This document shows positions 54,785 to 64,000 of a stretch of DNA of 64,000 nucleotides, in pieces (within the stretch, counting starts at the first letter, position 1; each line of letters opens with the position of its first letter). The notes under the pieces are model-generated. The model saw nothing but the letters and a program-made list of their open reading frames with translations. It made no database searches and was not told where the DNA came from. The position numbers were made by a program, and so were the translations under genes. Origin of the DNA: Vitrella brassicaformis CCMP3155 (taxonomy: Eukaryota; Protista; Chromerida); NCBI GenBank assembly GCA_001179505.1, contig CDMY01000897.1, positions 176,741 through 240,740 on the forward strand, read 5' to 3'.

Positions 54785-55195
54785 AGCAGACCACACATCA
54801 TGAGCCCGATGGATAAGCGGCATGCAGCCCCATATATCAGTGTTTCTGCAGTGCATGCAATGTGTAATCCCCTTCTGCCTATTCTGATGTGCAGTCCGCT
54901 TACGTCTTGGCCTATCCCGAATATTTCTACGTCATCCAGCTCCTCGAACGCGTTTCTCAGGGCGCCTGCTGCTGCCCGTGACGGGCGTCAGTGGACCAGG
55001 GAAGGTGAGCATCGCCTTGACGAGCTCCTGCTGCTGCAGGGGGTCGGTCCAGCCCAGGGCCTTGATGAGCTCCAGCAGGTCGGCCTCGCTCATGCCGCCG
55101 TAGGTGCGGCCGTGGGCAGGGGCGGCGTAGTAGTACTCCGTCTCGCACACGGAGCTGGCCGCTGAGCTTGTGGGGCTCGGGGGGGAGTAGTACAT
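54517..55195 (-). CDS. Small hypothetical protein (1-3 exons; structure uncertain)
   Basis: Coding-like exon MYYSPPSP...MSEADLLELIKALGWTDPLQQQELVKAMLTFPG and possible downstream exons ending SWFASCLSPRYS*. Confidence 0.4.
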
Positions 55196-55514
55196 GACTG
55201 AAAGATGGCGACTGGTCGGCGATGCAGATGGCTTGCTGCAGCGACGCAGGGGGCGTGAAGAGGTGTTCTTTGAACGAGGGCTCACTTTCGAGACTCCAGG
55301 CCCCCACCCTGGCCGCGAAACACCGACAGTGAAAAAAGGCTCTTTGATATCTCTTTAGACGGCATCAGAGGACATCTAGCTGGTGCCCTGCTCCACAAAT
55401 TCATTCGATTCGGCGTTGATCTCCTTCAATCAGTCGCATTCAGTGACTGTCGCACTTTCAGTCTCACTTGCCGTCCCCCCCCCCCTCTGCGTCATCGGCC
55501 TTTGAGCTGTCATT

Positions 55515-56460
55515 ATGTCGGGCGGGTTGATGCTCGAGGAGAATGCGCACGACGACGGCTATGGCGGCCCGTCGACGGGCCGTGTGAGCGGCCGGAAGCG
55601 CAAGTCCATCTGGCGGTATCTGGTCCAGCGGGGCGTCATGGACGACGAGGCGGAGCTCCTCTGCGACGCATATGAGGTAATGCACTGCACAGAGAGAGAG
55701 GGAGAGAGATGGAGGGTTGGAGAAAGGCCTCTTTACACTGGTGGAATCTCACTTTGTGTGTTGGGGGTGGATGTGCCTCACAGGAAGGTGCCGAGGAGTA
55801 CGTGTGTGCGTTGGCTTATTGGCTGCCGGCGATGTTCGAAAGGTATAGAGCGCTCAAAGACGTCACAGAGGTCTTCAAGGTGAGTCATCCACACACACAT
55901 CAGAGGGGAGACAGACAGACAGACGGCATCGCCCCCTCCCCCTCTGTGTGTCCGCCGTGTAGATTGACCACCCGTTTCTGTCGGTGTTGATGCCGGACGA
56001 GCGCGTCAAGGTCGAGGCGCTCGTGTACGCCAAAAAGGCCATTGGACACATGGCCAGCCGCACCACCGCGGAAACGCACTACAAACAGGTAACTGCGACA
56101 TATCGAGACACCATCCTGCCAACCAACACGGCTGCGTCTCCCTCCCTCCCCCCCTCCCTCTCTCTGTTGCCCTGCACACAGGTCGCTGTGCGGCCGTTGG
56201 TGGGTGTGGTCCCCGAAATGGATGTCAGAGCCTCGGCGTCCCGCGTGAAGCCAATCGAGACGCAGCCCGTCCGCGGCCCCATTGCGCATCGCGGGGCGGG
56301 GGGGCTGGTCGAGAGGGAGGGAATGGCCACACCCCACAGACAGAAGGGGCCAAAGGCGACAAAGTCGACTGCCCAGGGCGGTGTGGCGAAGGCGTCTCTG
56401 TGGTGGCCCGTCAAGTGGCTGGTGGGCGGCTGCATCATGACGCCAACACACATCGACTGA
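55515..56460 (+). CDS. Hypothetical protein (4 exons)
   Basis: In-frame GT-AG splicing: ...RKRKSIWRYLVQRG...CDAYE|EGAEEYVCALAYW...EVFK|IDHPFL...HYKQ|VAVRP... Confidence 0.55.
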
Positions 56461-56945
56461 ATCAGGGAAGGCCCGCCGTGATGGGCTGCGTATGTGTCTG
56501 TCTGTCTGTCTGTGTGGATGAGTGCGATGTCGGCATACCCACGTCAGCACTCATTGCTTTGCTCCCGACGGTCACGATGTGTGCATCTCGCCCAAGAGAT
56601 CCCTTCAGCTGCATCGCTGTGTGGCGTGTTGCCTTTCCTTTGTGGTCCCACACAGAGATAGGCCGTGCACACGCGTGTGTGTGCGGCGGGGACACAGAGG
56701 AGGGCGACACACCGGATGGGATGGCTCTGCATCGATGTGGCTGTGTGTGCGGATGAGTGTGGCTGATGTCAGCTGAGGTGCCGATGGATGGATGGATGGC
56801 TAAGTGGCCGGCGGCGATCCAGATGTGTGTGAGTGATGGAGACCCACAGTGGATGGACTGTCAGACCACAGGTGTCAACACAATCAAACCAAACACATAA
56901 ACGTCGTGACTGTACAGATCGACACACACACATCTGTCAAGGCAC

Positions 56946-59233
56946 TCAGTCCATTTCCATTTCGCTGGCCGTCACTCCTTCACTCTCACCACCGCCCCGC
57001 CCCCTCTCGCTGTCTCTCTTCGTTCGTCTGCCCTGCTGGTCGGCCTCTCGCAGCCCGGCCTCTATCATGGCCGACGCCGCCCCGCCCCCACCCAAGGCGG
57101 CATTGCTCTCCGTCGCCATGAGCCGCACGGCCGTCACCGCACCGCCACTCGACCGCCGCTGAGCCCCTGAAGGAACACACACAGTGGATGGCATCACACA
57201 CACAGATGTTTGTCTGCCATTCACCTCTGTGTGTGCCGGCTGACTGACCTTTGTGTACGGCGGCCAGAGGCACATCGCTCACACACGCTTTGCAGGCCAG
57301 CGGCCCCTTGCCAATTCCCACGACGGCCGCCAGGTTGGCCACGTCATAGGGCCCCCGCAGCTCGAGCCCACACGAGGCCCCGCTCGTCAGCAATATGCGG
57401 GTCATCGGCACGAACCGCACTAACGACTGGATGTTCGCAAAGAGGTTCCGCCGGGCGGCGCTGTCGCGCAAAGCGGCGCCGATCTGAATCTCAAAGAACA
57501 TCCCGCGGCTGATTGAACACACACACACAGTGACTTGTGTGTGTGGCGACTCGTGTGTGGTGGTTACCTGACGGCGAGGCCCAGCTGAGCTCGGCGAATG
57601 GGGAAGGGCATTCTGCCGCTGGTGAAGTCGAGCGACACGATGTCACAGTCGCAGGACTGGCAGACAGTCAGCCAGGCCTTCTCGTCGGTCGGCTGCCGGG
57701 CCAGCAGATCATAGCCGCCGCCCTCTCTATCGCCGTTGACAGACATCCGGCTGATTTGGTTGATCTGAGTGACCTGGTTGGGGTGGCTGAAGACACACGT
57801 CAGACGCCGCAGCTGCACAAAGCCCACTCGCGAAGACGCCGACGCACTCAGATTGAGATCCTCGAGCGATGATAGCACCCGGAATGAGCTCACTCGGCTG
57901 AGCAGCGCCTCATTGCTGATGGCCACCTCTCTGATGGGACACACCATAGCTGACCTGCCGTCGGTCTGCTTGACGGTCGATAAGTCGACTGTGTGGTTCC
58001 AGGCCACGCCGCCGTAGCCCAAAGAGATGGCCGCCGCCGCCAGATGAGCCGCCTTGTCGGCATGCCANNNNNNNNNNNNNNNNNNNNNNNNNNNNNNNNN
58101 NNNNNNNNNNNNNNNNNNNNNNNNNNNNNNNNNNNNNNNNNNNNNNNNNNNNNNNNNNNNNNNNNNNNNNNNNNNNNNNNNNNNNNNNNNNNNNNNNNNN
58201 NNNNNNNNNNNNNNNNNNNNNNNNNNNNNNNNNNNNNNNNNNNNNNNNNNNNNNNNNNNNNNNNNNNNNNNNNNNNNNNNNNNNNNNNNNNNNNNNNNNN
58301 NNNNNNNNNNNNNNNNNNNNNNNNNNNNNNNNNNNNNNNNNNNNNNNNNNNNNNNNNNNNNNNNNNNCGCCTCTGTGTGTGCCGGCTGACTGACCTTTGT
58401 GTACGGCGGCCAGAGGCACATCGCTCACACACGCTTTGCAGGCCAGCGGCCCCTTGCCGATTCCCATGACGGCCGCCAGGTTGGCCACGTCATAGGGCCC
58501 CCGCAGCTCGAGCCCACACGAGGCCCCGCTCGTCAGCAATATGCGGGTCATCGGCACGAACCGCACTAACGACTGGATGTTCGCAAAGAGGTTCCGCCGG
58601 GCGGTGCTGTCGCGCAAAGCCGCCCCGCTCTGAATCTCAAAGAACATCCCGCGGCTGATTGAACACACACACACAGTGACTTGTGTGGCGACTCGTGTGT
58701 GGTGGTTACCTGACGGCGAGGCCCAGCTGAGCTCGGCGAATGGGGAAAGGCATTCTGCCGCTGGTGAAGTCGAGCGACACGATGTCACAGTCGCAGGACT
58801 GGCAGACAGTCAGCCAGGCCTTCTCGTCGGTCGGCTGCAGGGCCAGCAGATCATAGCCGCCGCCCTCTCTGTCGCCGTTGACAGACATCCGGCTGATTTG
58901 GTTGATCTGAGTGACCTGGTTGGGGTGGCTGAAGACACACGTCAGACGCCGCAGCTGCACAAAGCCCACTCGCGAAGACGCCGACGCACTCAGATTGAGA
59001 TCCTCGAGCGATGATAGCACCCGGAATGAGCTCACTCGGCTGAGCAGCGCCTCATTGCTGATGGCCACCTCTCTGATGGGACACACCATAGCTGACCTGC
59101 CGTCGGTCTGCTTGACGGTCGATAAGTCGACTGTGTGGTTCCAGGCCACGCCGCCGTAGCCCAAAGAGATGGCCGCCGCCGCCAGATGAGCCGCCTTGTC
59201 GGCATGCCAACACACATTCAGATCCAGGAACAT
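56946..59233 (-). CDS. RPP30: RNase P/MRP subunit p30; present as two overlapping near-identical copies either side of a gap
   Basis: MFLDLN...LGYGGVAWNH...LRRLT...YDLLA-QPTDEK...CDIVSLDF...GMFFEI...RRNLFAN...ILLTSGA...LELRGPYDVANL. Confidence 0.85.
57224..59209. repeat. Near-identical direct duplication of about 840 bp (57224-58067 vs 58370-59209) separated by a 300-N gap (58068-58367)
   Basis: Sequences align with scattered SNPs (e.g. LARQP/LALQP, QIGA/QSGA, DSAA/DSTA, AVVG/AVMG) and a 4-nt GT indel. Confidence 0.95.
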
Positions 59234-59397
59234 CGACACAAAGATGACTGAGAGAGAGTCGATGAGTGAGTCGGGGCGATAGATAGACGCCCGCCGCCAG
59301 AGAGCCGCAGATGTCCTCGAAACTCAAGGCGAGCTTAGATTGCGTGCGAGCCGTGTAATGAGCTCGCAGATCTCCGCTTCACGACAGAGCCGTCCCT

Positions 59398-61029
59398 ATG
59401 GGCAATTCTGACTCCTCTCCTACAGCCGAGGTTCAAGCTGTGCCAACTGAGAGCCTCCCCAGGTCGTTTGGCAGTTCCACGCGCTCATCCGAGATTCAAG
59501 AGTCCCACCCGGCCATGTGGCACCCGCCAACCCACCGCCGTCTGAGCCAGATGCACCACAACCAGCCGCCGCCGCCTCCCTATGACGAGGGCAGCTCACC
59601 GGTAGGCGGCATGGCGCCGCCGGCCTTCAACCCCGAAGCGATGCCACCGAGCGGTCAGCCGGGGTTGTTGGCGCCGCCGACGGGTCCCAGCAGAGGCGCC
59701 ATGTCTGTCAGCTCGAACCGCTCCAACCGTGACGCCAATGCCGAGTATGCCGAGTGTCCCATCTGCTACAATGAGCTGTACAAGGTGAGGAGGGCGAGGG
59801 AGGGAACAACACGGCGTTTTGTCACTTTGGTAGAGTGTGTGTGTGTGTGTGTGTGGTCTGTCTGCCAGGAGGAGCTGAGTGTGTTGACTCGGAGGGGCAA
59901 ACGGGTGTGCACTCACTTCTACCACACCAGGTAGACAGACAGACAGACAGACAGATGGATGGATGGCTGGACAGAGAAAATAAACGCGTCGGGCGCGTCA
60001 CTCCATCACTGGTGGTGTCGTGTCGTTGGTTCAGGTGTAGTATCGACTTCCTCAACAGTGGCATTCGCCAGTGCCCTGTGTGCAGGGCCGACTTCGATGC
60101 ACTCCAGGTACCGAGATCACATATATCCACCAAAACATCCATGCGTCCGGCACCGCTAATCCATCCCTTCGGTTTGTCTGTCGTCTGTCTGTGACATAAA
60201 CAGCCGGTGCCGGACGTCGGCCGCGACCCCCGCGGCTGGTTCCGTTTGGTTGACCTCAACGGCGACGGCCATCTGGACCAGAAGGAGGTGGTGGAGGTGC
60301 TCAAGGCGGCGCTGCCCATCGACTGGAAGGTCCTCGAGCACAAGCTACCCGAGTTCTGGGGCAGATGGGTACGCTAAGCTTCCCACGATCCACATACACA
60401 CACACAAACACACAAACACACGCGTGTGTGTGTGGATTGGCCGTCCGTCGTGTGTGTGTGTGTGAGTGTAGGATCGTGACGGCAACGGTACGATAGAGAT
60501 GAACGAGATGATGGACCCGCAGAACGGCCTGGTGGCCTATGTGCGCCGGACCCTGCCGCACCGCGGCGAGGCACGGCCGCCGGACCTCAAGACGCACCGC
60601 CTCGACTGGTTCAGATACTGGGATGAGGACAACAACGGCACACTCGAACAAGAGGTACGCAGCAAACAAGAGTGGTGGGGATGGACAGATCGTGTTGGTT
60701 CAAGGTTCTTGGTTGTGTGTGTGTTGTGTGTGGACACCGTGTGCAGGAGGTGGTTCGTGCGCTGGTCAAGACGTTTCGGATGCACAAGGACATTCAGCGG
60801 GTGTACAACTGCCGCAACCTCGTCATGGCGCTGTGGGATGACTTCGATGCCGATGGAAACGGTCAGACAGACAGACAGACAGTTGGAGAGACCCACCCCT
60901 TCACACACATCCATGCGCTTTTGTTTCCCGCGTTATCTGATGCATTCAGGTCACATAGAGGCCCGGGAGTTCTGCAGGGCGGGCGATGGCTTAGCCGACA
61001 CCATCATCGCTAACCTGGAGTTGCGATAG
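59398..61029 (+). CDS. N-myristoylated RING-H2 + EF-hand protein (putative Ca2+-regulated E3 ligase)
   Basis: MGNSDS; CPIC...CTHFYHTRC...CPVC; EF loops DLNGDGHLDQKE, DRDGNGTIEMNE, DEDNNGTLEQEE, DADGNGHIEARE. Confidence 0.85.
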
Positions 61030-62273
61030 CACAGGGGAGCATGGCCACACTCGTACCTCTCTCTCTCTCTCTCTCTGTCTCTGCATACGCACACACACCA
61101 ACTACCTTTCTGTGTTACCTTCTCTCTATGCTCTCTCTCTCTCTCTCTCTCTCGGTCCGTCACTGCTGATGTGTGCCTGCCTAATTGAGTCGATCTACTT
61201 GCTATTGAATGTGTGTATGGGATGTACAGAGGACAGCTGGGTGGTTCACATTACAGGGAGGGATGGGCGGGCCGGGCTTGGCTTGGAAGCGGTGCCTGCC
61301 TCCAGGGGGGACAGGGGCGGGTGGAGGAGGGGGAGGCCCTGCAGCCACCTATCCTATCCTATTAGGCCTATCCTATCCACCACCTATATATTACCTTAGC
61401 TAACAAACCAACACGTGTACAGCACAGGCAGACACCGACCGACACGCGACAGGCGGCATGGCATTCATTTGCTGTTTGCGTGTGCGTGTGGGAGGCCCCG
61501 ACCCCCTGGAGGAGTTGGGTGGGTCGGTTGGGGTGATTCCACACACCGGCCGACCGACCGACCGACCGACCGACAGCAGCACCGCATCATAACCACGTTA
61601 TGGATGCACACCTTTCGGGCCGGGCGGACCCCCAGCCCGAAAGCCATTTGCTTAGATGTCTGTCCTTTTGTTTCACACACGCTTACTTACAAGGGAGGGA
61701 GAGAGAGAGAGGGAGAGAAACACGCCCGCCTTTTTGAAGCGTTTGTTTCGTGGCGTGGGTGATTCGGCGGACAGACTGAGTTGGGTGGGTTGCTTCATTC
61801 AATGTACGCAGCTAGCTGCACTCGATGGATCGACCGACACACGTCACGTATGGGGGACGTTCGTACGTGCGCGCAATACGTGTGTGTTATATTTTTGTTT
61901 GTGCCTATCTAACCAACCATTCTTGCCGACCGAGAAGGAAGACGAGGACAGGGGAGCTGCAATTTGAGATGATCGACCTGTTTGTTTGTTTGCCGCCCGG
62001 GTGATGTGAGTGACCCCCGTCACCCGGTGGTGTGTGAGTAGTGACGCTCCCGATAGCAAGGGGGCATCACCTCTCGCACACTTCTCCGTGACGGCGCTCA
62101 CTCATAATGCCGCGGCGGGCTGATGAGGCTCCAGAGAGACACGTCTATCTGCTGGGAATGGTAACGAGTGGCAGTGATGCTATCTGACATTTGATTGGAA
62201 TGTCAACTCAGTTGATGGCTGGCGCACGATGAGAGGGACATTGCCGGCCCTCTCTCTCTCTCTCTCTCTCCCC

Positions 62274-62320
<47 letters not shown>

Positions 62321-62757
62321 AGCCTGCGTGCTGTCCGTGAGTAGACGTGAGGGTGGCGTACTCTGTTGTGTACAAACCTACCTAGACGCGCCCTGGCTGT
62401 TGGTGTGATTCATTCGTTAAGTCAAGAGTACATATGTAGCGCCCGCCCGCCCAAGCAGGCAGGCAGACAGGCAAGACAGACAGGGTCCCTGTCTGTTCTG
62501 TCGTGCCGACACAGATGGATGGGATTGACGAGGACACGGACAAGCAGCACACTGATTGGTTGGTTCAATCCATATCCCTTACCTCTGCTCCTTACCTAAC
62601 GACTGCAATGTCGGCTGTCGGTGCGAAAATGCACGCACACAGACATGCACATGCACACGCACAACATTGCCCGCCCATCCGTGCAGATAGATGGCATCAA
62701 CCAATCACACACACACTCTTACACCCCCTGTGCGGTGACGCAGTCAGTGGTGGGTGT

Positions 62758-63678
62758 CTATCGAGGTGCCATGCGAAAGGCCAGTTCGCAGCAGCAGGTC
62801 CCGAAGGCATTCTCCTCCTTGTGGAACAACCGATAGCCCCGACCCTCGATGCCCCCCACCAGCAGGTCGGCGTCTCTCTCCCCCCAGCGGCCCATCAGAT
62901 GCACTTCCACCTCCACCTCTCTCACCGCCGGCCACCTGCCCCCTCCCAATCCCTCGAACTCGCCACCCTCGATGTCCACCTTGAGCAACTCTATCGTCCG
63001 CTCCTCGTGGCCGAGTGCCCGGACAATGGCTGGCAGTCCGACGAGCTGCGGCGACGTGGGGGTGAGGGTGAGGTTTGGGTCGTTGGATGGGGCGGGGAGG
63101 GAGAAGTGGCCGAGGCCATATCGGTGGAAATGGACACCTGCCGGGGCAAAGGAGGGGGCCGAGATAAAGGGGTCGAACGTCTGCACAGCACAGGACAAAA
63201 GAGACTGATAGCCGTGGCGTGGGACACCCATATCATCTTTGCAGACTCTCTTACGGACGTGTATCTCGCACCCCGGGGCAGTGTTCAGGACGGCACTCTC
63301 AAAGGTCCAGTCGTTGTTGCTCCCGAACGAGTACACGAGGCACCTCTCCCCCTGATCTGCCAAAGTAGACGGCTCACACACCCATTTGCCTCCATCCATC
63401 TGATTGAAGAAATCGCCGCCAAGCCGCCTCTCGTTGCTGCAGTGGATGGACGGCTGGTAGTGAGTCTGCCAGAAGTCGTGGAGCTCCGCGGACCGCTCAG
63501 GGCTCGTGTCGTTGATCCCATAGTTGAGCCGGGCGGCGGCGTTGTGGCGCTGGAATGAGAGAGAGGGCGAATGCGAATGCGAATGCGAATGTGGCCTGGG
63601 CTCCCTCTCGGTGGCGTTGCGGATGGCTGCCAGTGAGAAGAGGGCAGGGAACACGAATGCCAGGAGTGGCATATGCAT
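62758..63678 (-). CDS. SAM-dependent methyltransferase (Methyltransf_22/METTL24/FkbM-like) with signal anchor; one in-frame intron
   Basis: RLGG...DGGKWVC, CLVYSFGSNNDWTFE, CEIH|TFDP, LGH..IELLKVDIEGGEF, VEVEVH, RLFHKEEN. Confidence 0.85.
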   Translation of the reverse strand: MHMPLLAFVFPALFSLAAIRNATEREPRPHSHSHSHSPSLSFQRHNAAARLNYGINDTSPERSAELHDFWQTHYQPSIHCSNERRLGGDFFNQMDGGKWVCEPSTLADQGERCLVYSFGSNNDWTFESAVLNTAPGCEIHVRKRVCKDDMGVPRHGYQSLLSCAVQTFDPFISAPSFAPAGVHFHRYGLGHFSLPAPSNDPNLTLTPTSPQLVGLPAIVRALGHEERTIELLKVDIEGGEFEGLGGGRWPAVREVEVEVHLMGRWGERDADLLVGGIEGRGYRLFHKEENAFGTCCCELAFRMAPR

Positions 63679-64000
63679 CTTCAGCTCAGGCGAGGGAGGA
63701 ACCGTTGTGGCTGACCGACAGGGCGGGACGGCACAAGCGACTGCCAGTGGTTGGGGGTGTGGGCAGAAGGGATATTATGTTCTCGGGGCCCCCATCTCAG
63801 TGGCCAAGACAGTCTCACAGTTGCCGACTCACTGCGAGGCGTTCGCGAAGCAGTCGCGAAGTGATAACACTTACAGCACCAGTTTCGTCGTTAGCTGGTA
63901 GGAATCCTCCCCCCATGATTGAGTTGGTGATTTCTCGGCTGTTTCTCCTCCTTTTCGGATGAGCGAGCGTGTATCGGACTACACCCAACCCCCTCCACCT

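Noticed and set aside
57224-59209. Apparent tandem duplication of RPP30
   Set aside because: Both copies end exactly at a standard 300-N gap, overlap by about 840 bp with few SNPs, and each is incomplete (one lacks the 5' end, the other the last exon). This best fits two uncollapsed haplotype contigs of one gene; read depth or long reads would settle it.

Overview
Eukaryotic, intron-dense genomic DNA with GC-rich exons and short introns packed with CA/GT, GACA/TGTC and GATG microsatellites, plus three 300-N scaffold gaps. A P4-ATPase-guanylyl cyclase fusion (alveolate hallmark) together with a phylloquinone Men fusion suggests a photosynthetic alveolate, most likely a chromerid such as Vitrella (inference). 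I spliced about 22 genes by hand: flippase-GC, NSE3/MAGE, SRA-Tudor-SET (SUVH-like), PP2A catalytic subunit, thioredoxin-like, ArfGAP, truncated Ku80-like, AKAP7-like 2H phosphoesterase, FAS1 protein, PanE, HpcH aldolase, F-box-like, MenF-MenD-MenH-MenC fusion, HR-lesion/DoxX-like, TPR plus degenerate SET, glutaminyl cyclase, RPP30, RING-EF-hand, a methyltransferase and three hypotheticals. Main highlights: (1) a PHYLLO-like tetrafunctional enzyme in F-D-H-C order, not the plant F-D-C-H order, with intact MenF and no evident plastid leader; (2) a plant-SUVH-like SRA+SET gene with an extra Tudor-like module; (3) almost perfect strand alternation giving 10 head-to-head pairs that share AGATCT and AGCTCGC motifs; (4) introns with complementary AC/GT ends, and GC-AG donors; (5) a 2H phosphoesterase with a putative plastid leader. 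All exon structures are manual, so gene ends are approximate where stated.
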